Source of the DNA: Candidatus Methylomirabilia bacterium
GTDB taxonomy: Bacteria; Methylomirabilota; Methylomirabilia; Rokubacteriales; CSP1-6
Assembly (NCBI GenBank): GCA_041496385.1
Contig: JBGQEL010000003.1
Coordinates: 1-64,000, forward strand
Length of the DNA stretch: 64,000 nucleotides
Reading direction: 5' to 3'
How positions within the stretch are numbered: the first letter of the stretch is position 1; each line of letters begins with the position of its first letter. The notes beneath the pieces are model-generated. The model saw nothing but the letters and a program-made list of their open reading frames with translations. It did not search any database and was not told the DNA's origin. Both the position numbers and the translations under genes were made by a program. Of the stretch, positions 37,241 to 45,810 are shown piece by piece.

Positions 37241-38028
37241 CGACCATCGAGACCTACGACTTCAACGCGATCGTGGACGGCCTGAACCAGTACCTCCGCC
37301 TGCGCTCGATTCCCATCGGCATGAAGCTGTTCGAGACCGTCGAGGAGATGGAGGGGATCCCGAAGATCCGCCGGCCGAAGGCCCGGCACACGACCGACCA
37401 GATCGTCGCGCAAGCGCGCCAGCTCGGCTGGACGGTGGGGATCACGATGGCGGACCTCGTCGGGGCCCAGTGCGGCGCCGTCATCGGCCTCCACCCCCAG
37501 GACGACGAGTGGCTCTCGGGCCACCGCATGGCGGGCGTCTGGTTCAAGACGCGCGAGGACGCGAGCCTGCACCAGCACGCGATGGACTGCGTGCCGCACG
37601 GCCGTTACCGCGCGATGGCGGTGTCGCCGCTCACGTCGGGCCGCCTGAACCCGCCGGACATCTGCCTCATCTACGGCACGCCGGGCCAGATGATCTTCTT
37701 CATCAACGGGCTCCAGTGGACGGGCTACCGGAAGCTCAGCTTCACGTCCGTCGGCGAGTCGGCGTGCGCGGATTCCTGGGGCAAGGCCCTGAAGACGGGC
37801 GAGCCGGCGCTGACGATCCCATGCTACGCGGAGCGACGCTACGGGGGCGTCGCCGACGACGAGCTGCTCATGGCGATCCCGCCCCGGTTCCTGCCCAAGG
37901 TCGTCGAGGGGCTCGCGGCGCTCTCGAAGAACGGCCTGCGCTACCCGATCCCACCCTACGGCATCCAGACGGACGCCGGGGCGGGCCTGGCCGTCAGCTA
38001 CGCGGACAAAGACAGGAAGGGGGCGTGA
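37237..38028 (+). CDS. DUF169 family protein
   Basis: LRLRSIPIGMK, CGAVIGL, PDICLIYGTPGQM, ESAC, PCYAERRYGG..DDEL. Confidence 0.8.
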   Translation: MTTIETYDFNAIVDGLNQYLRLRSIPIGMKLFETVEEMEGIPKIRRPKARHTTDQIVAQARQLGWTVGITMADLVGAQCGAVIGLHPQDDEWLSGHRMAGVWFKTREDASLHQHAMDCVPHGRYRAMAVSPLTSGRLNPPDICLIYGTPGQMIFFINGLQWTGYRKLSFTSVGESACADSWGKALKTGEPALTIPCYAERRYGGVADDELLMAIPPRFLPKVVEGLAALSKNGLRYPIPPYGIQTDAGAGLAVSYADKDRKGA

Positions 38029-38486
38029 TGGGGCTCATCGGCCGGATGTTCGAGGGCTTCCGCGTCGGCCGTGACGAGAAGATCCGCCACCTGGAGCGCG
38101 TGCAGATCTTCGAGGACTGCAGCCTCAAGCAGCTCCGCGCGATCGCCGACATTTCGAAGATCATCGAGGTGCCCGAGCGCACCGTGCTCTGCCGCTTCGG
38201 TGAGCCGGGCGACGAATTCTTCATCGTCATCGACGGCACGGCGCTCGTGACCGTATCGCCGCAGAAGAAGGTGCGGATCCGGCCCGGCGAGTTCTTCGGC
38301 GAGATGAGCCTGCTCGACGGCGAGCCGCGCTCGGCCACGGTGAAGGCCGAGACCGATCTGCGCCTGCTCGTGATCGAGCGGATGCACTTCTGGACGCTGC
38401 TGCGCGAGGTCCCCGAGCTGACCCAGCGCATGCTCGTCGCCCTCTCGCGGCGCATCCGCCAGCACGAGCAGTCGCAGACCGCCTGA
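38028..38486 (+). CDS. Stand-alone cyclic nucleotide-binding domain protein
   Basis: GEPGDEFF, GEFFGEMSLLDGEPRSATV. Confidence 0.88.
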   Translation: MGLIGRMFEGFRVGRDEKIRHLERVQIFEDCSLKQLRAIADISKIIEVPERTVLCRFGEPGDEFFIVIDGTALVTVSPQKKVRIRPGEFFGEMSLLDGEPRSATVKAETDLRLLVIERMHFWTLLREVPELTQRMLVALSRRIRQHEQSQTA

Positions 38487-38517
38487 ACCGGCCTCCCGGC
38501 CCGCCCGCCCGCGCGCG

Positions 38518-39351
38518 CTAGAAGGTCAGCTTGTCGCCCGGGCTGATCGGAAAGACCTGCGTCGTCGTCTGACCGAGCGCGGCCTGATACTCCTGCGGCG
38601 TGCCGCGGAGGACCGGGAACGTCCCGTAGTGGAACGGGATCGCGAGCTTTGGCTTCAGCAGCTCCTTCGTCGCGTACGCCGCGTCGCGCGGGTCCATGAC
38701 GAAGTGCCCGCCGATCGGGATCATGACGAGGTCGGGCTTGTAATAGTCACCGATGAGCCGCATGTCGCCGAAGAGGCCCGTGTCGCCCATGTGGTAGAGC
38801 TTGAAGCCGTTCTCGAACTCGACGATGAAGCCGCAGGGCTCGCCGCCCGGGTAGGTCGTGCTCTTCTTCGTCGCCGGGTCGGTGACGGTCACCTCCGACG
38901 AGTGCTCGGCGCGCACCTGGGTGATCGTGACCTGTGGCCCGAGCGGGTTCACGCGGCCGCCCTTGCCGAAGCGCACCGCCTTCTCCGGCGCGACCCACCC
39001 GAGGTCGACCATTGTCGCGATCAGGCCCGCGGGCCCGAGCACGGTCGCCCCCGTGCGCGCGGCCAGCTCCTTCACGTCGCCCGTGTGGTCGCCGTGACCG
39101 TGGGTCACGAGGATCACGTCCACCTTGCCGAGCGCGTCGAGGTTCTTGTACTGCGGCGGGGTCTTGGGGTTGTTGGTCAGGAACGGGTCGATGACGATCA
39201 CCTTGCCGGTGAGCGTCGTGATCTTGGTCGACGCCTGCCCGAGCCAGTGGACCTCGACCTTCGAGGTCTGCGCCCACGCGGACTCGGCGGCGAGCGAGTA
39301 GGTGAGTGCTCCCGCGGCCAGCTTCAGGAAATCGCGGCGCTCCATCTCCAT
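38518..39351 (-). CDS. Tat-exported metallo-beta-lactamase-fold hydrolase (UPF0173-like)
   Basis: ERRDFLK Tat motif; IDPF, THGHGDH, YHMGDT, PIGG, PFHY. Confidence 0.88.
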   Translation of the reverse strand: MEMERRDFLKLAAGALTYSLAAESAWAQTSKVEVHWLGQASTKITTLTGKVIVIDPFLTNNPKTPPQYKNLDALGKVDVILVTHGHGDHTGDVKELAARTGATVLGPAGLIATMVDLGWVAPEKAVRFGKGGRVNPLGPQVTITQVRAEHSSEVTVTDPATKKSTTYPGGEPCGFIVEFENGFKLYHMGDTGLFGDMRLIGDYYKPDLVMIPIGGHFVMDPRDAAYATKELLKPKLAIPFHYGTFPVLRGTPQEYQAALGQTTTQVFPISPGDKLTF

Positions 39352-39492
39352 GCCCTGTTCCTCCTGTGGGTGAAACGGCTGCCCGAAGGTACCACGCCAG
39401 GCCGTCGATCGTTCCGGACAACGCCCGCGGGCGTCCACCGGTTCCCCCGGGAGAGGGTCTCCCCTCGAACCGAGGCACGATCTCCCGCGACG

Positions 39493-39521
39493 TTGCGTGG
39501 GGCACGCGCTTCTGCTAGTGT
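39493..39521 (+). promoter_or_regulatory. sigma70 promoter of the cob operon
   Basis: TTGCGT-N17-TAGTGT with an extended -10 TG. Confidence 0.65.
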
Positions 39522-39534
39522 CTGCGCCTAGTTC

Positions 39535-39693
39535 GCGCGCCGGGATGCCCGAAGGGCCCAGGGAAGGCGGTTGAAGCCGCCGCGACCCCGTCACTGTAAT
39601 CGGGGACGAAACCCGCGAACGCCACTGGCCGCGAGGCTGGGAAGGCGCGGGGAGTAGGACGATCCGAGAGCCAGGAGACCTGCCCGGGCGCGC
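39535..39693 (+). ncRNA. Cobalamin riboswitch
   Basis: AGGGAA-ggcggttgaagccgcc, CACTGTA, GCCACTG, GGGAAGG, AGCCAGGAGACCTGCC; downstream ggtcttc/gaggacc hairpin covers the cobU SD. Confidence 0.92.
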
Positions 39694-39728
39694 ACCGTGA
39701 ATCCGGTCTTCGAGGGAGGACCCGGGGT

Positions 39729-40310
39729 ATGGCCTCGTCACTTTTCGTGCTCGGCGGCGCGCGCAGCGGCAAGAGCCGCTTCGCCGTCACGGATCCCACG
39801 CTCCGCGGGCGCGTGGCGTTCGTCGCTACCGCGCGTCCCGGGGACGGCGACATGGCGCGCCGGATCGCGCGCCACCGGGCCGAGCGCCCCCGTCACTGGG
39901 CGACCGTCGAGGAGCCCTACGATCTCGTCGCGCGGCTCGCGCAGCTCGAGGGCGTCTACGACGCGCTCGTCGTGGACTGCCTCACGCTCTGGGCCTCGAA
40001 TCGGCTCCTGCGCGGCGACGCCGACGCGGCCATTCTCGACGAAGCCGACGCGCTCGCCACGCTGATCGGCCGCCGCCCCTGCACGATCACGCTCGTCTCC
40101 AACGAGGTCGGCGCGGGTGTGCACCCCGAGACCGAGATCGGGATGCGCTTCCGCGACCTGCTCGGCTTCGTCAACCAGAAGGTCGCCGCCGCCTGCGATC
40201 GCGTCGTGCTGCTCGTGGCCGGCGTCCCGCTCACGATCAAGTCCGACGCCCCGCCGGCGCCGGCGCCCGGGCTCGGGAGGCCGGCGCTCGATGCTCTCCA
40301 GTCTCCTTAG
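39729..40310 (+). CDS. cobU: Adenosylcobinamide kinase/phosphate guanylyltransferase
   Basis: GGARSGKSRFA, RIARHR, VDCLTLW, SNEVGAG, FRDLLG. Confidence 0.95.
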   Translation: MASSLFVLGGARSGKSRFAVTDPTLRGRVAFVATARPGDGDMARRIARHRAERPRHWATVEEPYDLVARLAQLEGVYDALVVDCLTLWASNRLLRGDADAAILDEADALATLIGRRPCTITLVSNEVGAGVHPETEIGMRFRDLLGFVNQKVAAACDRVVLLVAGVPLTIKSDAPPAPAPGLGRPALDALQSP

Positions 40311-41358
40311 CTCGATCGTCGCGCCGCCCGCCGACCGCGCCGAGGCGGCGCAGCAGCACCTGGACAGCCTCACGAAGCCGCCGGGGAGCCTGGGCCGGCT
40401 GGAAGAGATCGCGCTCCGGCTCGCGGTGCTCCGCGGCGGTCCGCCGCGGATCGAGCATCCGGCGATCTTCACCTTCGCGGCCGACCACGGGGTCGTGTCC
40501 GAGGGCGTGAGCGCCTATCCGCAGGTCGTCACGGCGCAGATGGTCGAGAACTTCCTGCGCGGCGGCGCCGCCGTGAACGTGCTCGCCCGCCAGGCGGGGG
40601 CGCGGGTGATCGTGGCCGACTTCGGCGTGGCCAACCCGATCGGCCGCTCGCCGGAGCTGATCTCGCGACCGATCGCGGCCGGCACGGCGAACATGGCCGT
40701 CGGCCCCGCGATGACCCGCGTGCAGGCCGTGCACGCCCTCGAGGCCGGCGCGCGGCTCGCCCTCGAGGCGATCGACGCGGGCGTCGACCTGCTCGGCACG
40801 GGCGAGATGGGGATCGGCAACACGACGGCGGCGAGCGCGATCACCGCCGCGATCACGGGCGAGGCGCCCGAACGCGTCACGGGGCGCGGGACGGGCGTGG
40901 ACGACGCGTCGCTGGCGCGGAAGATCTCGGTCGTGACGCGCGCCCTGGCGGTGAACGCGCCCGATCCGCGCGACGGCCTCGACGTGCTCGCGAAGGTCGG
41001 CGGCTTCGAGATCGCCGGGCTCGTCGGCGTGATCCTCGCGGGCGCCGCCCGGCGCGTGCCGGTGGCGCTCGACGGGTTCATCGCCGGCGCCGCGGGCCTG
41101 GTGGCCGTCGCCCTGGCCCCGGCGGCGAGGCCCGCCCTCTTCGCCGCGCACCGCTCCGTCGAGCCGGGACACGCGGCGGTGCTCGCCCACCTCGGCCTGG
41201 TGCCCTACCTCGACCTGGGCATGCGCCTCGGCGAGGGAACCGGCGCCGCGCTCTTCATCCACCTCGCCCGCGCCGCCGCGCTCGTCTGGAACGAGATGGC
41301 CTCCTTCAAATCCGCCGGCGTCAGTGGCCGTGGCAGTGCGAGTGGCCGTGCGACGTGA
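40291..41358 (+). CDS. cobT: Nicotinate-nucleotide-dimethylbenzimidazole phosphoribosyltransferase
   Basis: LTKPPGSLGRLE, AADHG, GEMGIGNTT, GRGTG, MRLGEGTGA. Confidence 0.96.
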   Translation: MLSSLLSSIVAPPADRAEAAQQHLDSLTKPPGSLGRLEEIALRLAVLRGGPPRIEHPAIFTFAADHGVVSEGVSAYPQVVTAQMVENFLRGGAAVNVLARQAGARVIVADFGVANPIGRSPELISRPIAAGTANMAVGPAMTRVQAVHALEAGARLALEAIDAGVDLLGTGEMGIGNTTAASAITAAITGEAPERVTGRGTGVDDASLARKISVVTRALAVNAPDPRDGLDVLAKVGGFEIAGLVGVILAGAARRVPVALDGFIAGAAGLVAVALAPAARPALFAAHRSVEPGHAAVLAHLGLVPYLDLGMRLGEGTGAALFIHLARAAALVWNEMASFKSAGVSGRGSASGRAT

Positions 41359-41510
41359 GCCCGGTCGACGGGCGAGCGGAGCGGTGAAATGGCTCGAATG
41401 GCCGTGCGACGTGAGCCCGGTCGACGGGTGAGCGGAGCGGTGAAATGGCTCGAATGGCCGTGCGACGTGAGCCCGGTCGACGGGTGAGCGGAGCGGTGAA
41501 ATGGCCCGAA
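41343..41510 (+). repeat. 3 x 56-bp tandem repeat spanning the cobT-cbiA junction
   Basis: Units at 41343, 41399, 41455: tggccgtgcgacgtgagcccggtcgacggg(c/t)gagcggagcggtgaaatggc(t/c)cgaa. Confidence 0.95.
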
Positions 41511-42886
41511 TAATCGTCATCGCGGGCACCGCGACCGGCGTCGGGAAGACGTCCGTCACGCTCGGGCTTCTCGAAGCCCTCCGACGGCGCGGGCTGCGCG
41601 TCCAGGCCTTCAAGGTCGGACCCGATTTCATCGATCCGGGGTTGCACGAGCTCGCGAGCGGCCGGCCCTCCTACAACCTGGACGGCTGGATGTGCGGTCG
41701 CGACGCCGTGCTCGACTGCGTGGCGCGTCACGCGACCGGGGCGGACCTGGCGCTCGTCGAGGGCGTGATGGGCTGCTTCGACGGCGCCGAGCCCACGAGC
41801 GACGAGGGCTCGACGGCGCAGATCGCGAAGTGGCTCGGCGCGCCCGTGGTGCTCGTGCTGGACGCCTGGGCGCAGGCGCGAAGCGCCGCGGCCGTCGTCC
41901 ACGGATTCGAGCGCTTCGATCCGGCGCTCGACGTGGCCGGCGTCGTCGTGAACCGCGTGGGCGGCGCGGGACACGGCCGGCTCGTGCTCGACGCGATCCG
42001 GTCGGCGTGCCGCGCCGAGCCGCTGGGCGCGGTCGTCCACGATGAGGCGCTGACGCTTCCCGAGCGCCACCTCGGACTCGTCACGGGCCGCGAGGGAGTC
42101 CTCGACGGAGAAAAACTCCGGCGTCTCGGCGACGCCATCGAGCGCTCCCTGGATCTGGAGCGCCTCCTCGCGCTCGCGCGCGAGATTCCCGCGGGCCGGG
42201 GCAGGCCCGCGCCATCCGGAACGACACGCGCGCTCGCGCCCGGCCCGGTCCGCGGGCCTCGAATCGGCGTCGCGCGAGACGCGGCGTTCCAGTTCTACTA
42301 CGAGGAGAATCTCGAGCGGCTGCGGGAGGCGGGCGCGGAGCTCGTCGCGTGGAGCCCGCTTGCGGAGGCGGAGCTGCCGGACGTGGACGGCCTCTACCTC
42401 GGCGGCGGCTACCCCGAGCTGCACGCCCGCCGGCTCGCCGAGAACGCCTCGATGCGGAAGGCCGTGCGGCGCTTCGCAGAGTCCGGGCGGCCGGTCTACG
42501 CCGAATGCGGCGGTCTCATGTACCTCGCCGAGTCGCTCGAGGACGCCGACGGCGTCGAGCATCCGATGGTCGGCGTGCTGCCCGCGACGGTGCGGATGCG
42601 CCCGCGCCGGATGGCGCTCGGCTACACGGAGGTCTCGTTCGCGGCCGACACGCCGCTGGCTCCGTCCGGCGCCGCCGCGCGCGGTCACGAGTTCCACTAC
42701 TCGACGCTCGACCCGGTGCCGGCGAGCGTCGAGCGCGCCTACCGGATCCGGCAGCCCGGCGGCGAGGCCCGGGCCGAGGGCTACCTGATCGGCGGGACGC
42801 TGATGAGCTACGTCCATCTGCACTTCGCCGCGAATCCCGCGCTGGCGCGCGCTTTCGTCGACGCGTGCGCTAGAGCGCGCCGATGA
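41501..42886 (+). CDS. cbiA: Cobyrinate a,c-diamide synthase (CbiA/CobB)
   Basis: GVGKT, FKVGPDFID, EGVMG, LPERHLGL, GGGYPE, AECGG, GHEFHYS. Confidence 0.93.
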   Translation: MARIIVIAGTATGVGKTSVTLGLLEALRRRGLRVQAFKVGPDFIDPGLHELASGRPSYNLDGWMCGRDAVLDCVARHATGADLALVEGVMGCFDGAEPTSDEGSTAQIAKWLGAPVVLVLDAWAQARSAAAVVHGFERFDPALDVAGVVVNRVGGAGHGRLVLDAIRSACRAEPLGAVVHDEALTLPERHLGLVTGREGVLDGEKLRRLGDAIERSLDLERLLALAREIPAGRGRPAPSGTTRALAPGPVRGPRIGVARDAAFQFYYEENLERLREAGAELVAWSPLAEAELPDVDGLYLGGGYPELHARRLAENASMRKAVRRFAESGRPVYAECGGLMYLAESLEDADGVEHPMVGVLPATVRMRPRRMALGYTEVSFAADTPLAPSGAAARGHEFHYSTLDPVPASVERAYRIRQPGGEARAEGYLIGGTLMSYVHLHFAANPALARAFVDACARARR

Positions 42887-43758
42887 CACGCGCGGCGCTG
42901 ACGCTCGCGCTCGCGGTCTCGCTGGCGGCGCCCGCCGCGGCGTTCACGACGCGCGACATGCTGGGGCGCGAGGTCACCCTCGTCGCGGCGCCGACGCGCA
43001 TCGTCTCACTGGTGCCGAGCGTCTCCGAGATCCTCTTCGCCCTCGGCGCCGAGGCCCGGCTCGTCGGGGTCACGGACTTCTGCGACTACCCGCCGGCGGC
43101 GCGCGGCAAGCCCAGCGTGGGCGGCATGGTCAACCCCAATCTCGAGGTGCTCCTCACGCTGCGGCCCGACATGGTCGTCGCCACCACGGAGGGGAACCGT
43201 GAGGAGACGTTCGCCCAGCTCAAGCGGCTGGGGATTCCCACGTACCTCGTCGCCGCGCACCAGCTGCGGGACGTCACGGTGCTCGTCACGCGACTCGGCG
43301 AGCTCACGGACCGCCGCGCCGCCGCGGCGATGCTCGTCGCCCGGCTCGAGGGGCGCATCGAGGCGGTGCGGAAGGCGGTCGCGCCGTTCCCGCGCCCGCG
43401 GGTCCTCTACGTTCTGTGGCCGGAGCCCCTGATCGTGCCGGGCCGCGAGGCGCTCGTGACCGAGCTGATCCGGCTCGCGGGCGGCGATTCGATCACCGCC
43501 GCCGACGCCGACGCGTACCCGCGCTACAGCCTCGAGGCGGCGGTGGCGAAGGCGCCCGAGGTGATCCTGCTCGCCAACCACGGCGCCAGCAGCGGCCCGA
43601 TCGACCGCGAGCGCTGGCAGCGGCTCACGGATCTTCCGGCCGTGCGCGCGGGGCGCCTGCACTCGGTGGACGGGAGCCTCCTGCATCGCTACGGCCCGCG
43701 GGTGGTCGACGGTCTCGAGCAGCTCGCGCGCGTGCTCCATCCGGAGGCCTTCCGGTGA
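42883..43758 (+). CDS. btuF: Cobalamin ABC transporter substrate-binding protein
   Basis: RIVSLVPS..E, GVTDFCDYP, RYGPR; context. Confidence 0.85.
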   Translation: MTRAALTLALAVSLAAPAAAFTTRDMLGREVTLVAAPTRIVSLVPSVSEILFALGAEARLVGVTDFCDYPPAARGKPSVGGMVNPNLEVLLTLRPDMVVATTEGNREETFAQLKRLGIPTYLVAAHQLRDVTVLVTRLGELTDRRAAAAMLVARLEGRIEAVRKAVAPFPRPRVLYVLWPEPLIVPGREALVTELIRLAGGDSITAADADAYPRYSLEAAVAKAPEVILLANHGASSGPIDRERWQRLTDLPAVRAGRLHSVDGSLLHRYGPRVVDGLEQLARVLHPEAFR

Positions 43759-44771
43759 GCCAGGCCGGGCGCCTCGCGGCGCTGCTCGGCGTCCTCGCGG
43801 GCCTCCTGGCCCTCGCGGGCGCCGCCGCGCTGTTTCTCGGCAGCGCCGGGCTCTCGCCGGGCGCGGTCCTGAACGCCGTGACCGGCCGCGCGCCGGCGGG
43901 ATCCGTCGAGAGCGTCGTCACGCTGTCCATTCGCCTGCCGCGCATCGCCGTCGCCATCCTGGCCGGCGGCGCGCTCGCCGTCGCCGGCGTGGCGTTCCAG
44001 GCGCTCACGCGCAACCCGCTCGCCGAGCCCTCGGTGCTGGGGGTGTCGGGCGGCGCCGCCTTCGGCGTCGTGATCGGCCAGAGCGTGGGGCTCGGTGGCG
44101 GCCTGCTCGAGGCCGCCGGGCTCACGGCCTTCGCGTTCGCCGGCGCGCTCCTCGCGGCGGGCGCCGTCTATCTCATCGCCGCCGCGGGCCGCGGCGTCCA
44201 GATCCAGACGCTGCTGCTCGCGGGCGTGATCGTGGGGATCTTCTTCTCCTCGGCGATCACCGTCGTGATCTCGCTCCTCGACTTCAACCGCCTGGGCGGG
44301 GTCATCCACTGGCTGCTCGGCAACCTGGCGCCGATCCCGCCGCGGCCCCTGGCGCTCTTCGCGCTGCTCGCGGCGACCGGCTTCGGGCTCGTCCTCGTCC
44401 ACGCGCGCGAGCTGAACCTCCTGGCGCTCGGCGAGGAGTCGGCGCGGCAGCTCGGCGTGCACGCCGATCGCCTCAAGCTGGTGATCTTCGGCGGCGCCGC
44501 GCTTCTGACGGCCAGCGTCGTCGCGTTCGCCGGGCCCATCGGCTTCGTCGGGCTGATCGTGCCGCACGCCCTCCGGATGCTCGTGGGCCCCGACAACCGC
44601 CTGCTCGTGCCGGCCGCGCTCGTGGGCGGCGGCGCCTTCCTCCTGCTCGCCGACACGATCGCCCGAAACATCGTCGCGCCGGCCGAGCTGTCCGTGGGCG
44701 TGATCACGTCGTTCTGCGGCGCGCCCTTCTTCGTCTGGCTCCTGCGCACGCGCTACCGGGGGGGCGTGTGA
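43755..44771 (+). CDS. btuC: Cobalamin ABC transporter permease (FecCD/BtuC)
   Basis: RLPR, RNPLAEP..LGVSGGA, LGEESARQLG, GFVGLIVPH. Confidence 0.88.
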   Translation: MSQAGRLAALLGVLAGLLALAGAAALFLGSAGLSPGAVLNAVTGRAPAGSVESVVTLSIRLPRIAVAILAGGALAVAGVAFQALTRNPLAEPSVLGVSGGAAFGVVIGQSVGLGGGLLEAAGLTAFAFAGALLAAGAVYLIAAAGRGVQIQTLLLAGVIVGIFFSSAITVVISLLDFNRLGGVIHWLLGNLAPIPPRPLALFALLAATGFGLVLVHARELNLLALGEESARQLGVHADRLKLVIFGGAALLTASVVAFAGPIGFVGLIVPHALRMLVGPDNRLLVPAALVGGGAFLLLADTIARNIVAPAELSVGVITSFCGAPFFVWLLRTRYRGGV

Positions 44772-45592
44772 GCGCCGGGCCGCTGGTCGCGCTGGACGGC
44801 GTCGGGTTCGCCTATCCGACCTCGCGCGCGGGACGGGCGCGGCCGTTCAAGCTCGCCGGGCTCTCCTTCGAGATCGCCCAGGGCGAGATCCTGGGCGTGA
44901 TCGGCCCCAACAGCGCGGGCAAGACGACGCTGATCCGCCTGCTCACGCGCGTGCTCGAGCCGGCGACGGGCGCGATCACGCTCGAGGGGCGCGCCCTCCG
45001 CGGCTGGCGCGCGGCGGAGCTGGCGCGGCGTATCGCCGTGGTGCCGCAGGGCGTGCCGCCGCAGTTCCCGTTCACGGTCGAGGAGCTGGTGCTGATGGGC
45101 CGCTATCCGCACGCGCCCGCCCGCTACTTCGAGGACCCGGCCGATCGCGCGGCCGCGCAGGCCGCGATGGCCGCGACCGGCGTCCTCGAGCTGGCCTCCA
45201 GCGGGCTCGAGGAGCTGAGCGGCGGCGAGCGCCAGCGCGCGGTCGTGGCGCGCGCGCTCGCCCAGGAGCCCCGCCTGCTGATCCTCGACGAGCCGACGGC
45301 CCACCTCGACCTCCGTCACCAGGCCGAGTCCGTCGCACTGCTGCGACGGCTGAACCGGGAGCGCGGCGTGACCGTCCTGCTGGTCTCGCACGACCTGAAC
45401 CTCGCCGCGGAGGTCTGCGACCGGCTGCTGCTCCTGGCCGACGGCCGCCAGCTCGCCACCGGCCCACCCGAGGCCGTCCTGACGGAATCGCGCCTGGCGG
45501 AGGCGTTCGCCTGCGAGGTGACCGTGGACAAGCATCCGACGACGCGCCGGCCGGTCGTGCAGATCGCCTGGCCGGACGGCGGGAGGAGGTGA
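44768..45592 (+). CDS. btuD: Cobalamin ABC transporter ATPase
   Basis: GPNSAGKT, LSGGERQR, LDEPTAHLD, SHDLN. Confidence 0.88.
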   Translation: MSAGPLVALDGVGFAYPTSRAGRARPFKLAGLSFEIAQGEILGVIGPNSAGKTTLIRLLTRVLEPATGAITLEGRALRGWRAAELARRIAVVPQGVPPQFPFTVEELVLMGRYPHAPARYFEDPADRAAAQAAMAATGVLELASSGLEELSGGERQRAVVARALAQEPRLLILDEPTAHLDLRHQAESVALLRRLNRERGVTVLLVSHDLNLAAEVCDRLLLLADGRQLATGPPEAVLTESRLAEAFACEVTVDKHPTTRRPVVQIAWPDGGRR

Positions 45593-45770
45593 GAGCCCCC
45601 ACGACCGACTGAGCGAGTGCGCTCCGGATGCAGGGAAGCCGGTCTGAAGCCGGCACGGTCCCGCCACTGTGAGTGGGGAGCAGCGCCCCGTCGATGCCAC
45701 TGTCCGCCGCGCGCGGATGGGAAGGCGGGCGTCACGCGACGATCCACGAGTCAGGAGACCTATCCGGGGC
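45583..45770 (+). ncRNA. Cobalamin riboswitch (operon-internal, before btuB)
   Basis: AGGGAA-gccggtctgaagccggc, CCCGCCACTGT, GCCACTG, GGGAAGG, AGTCAGGAGACCT; 5' boundary uncertain. Confidence 0.9.
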
Positions 45771-45810
45771 GATGACTTCCAACCCCTTTCGCGGAAAGAG
45801 GAGCGAAGCG

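Noticed and set aside
41343..41510. Possible CRISPR array
   Set aside because: Head-to-tail 56-bp units with no unique spacers and no cas genes; it is a tandem duplication
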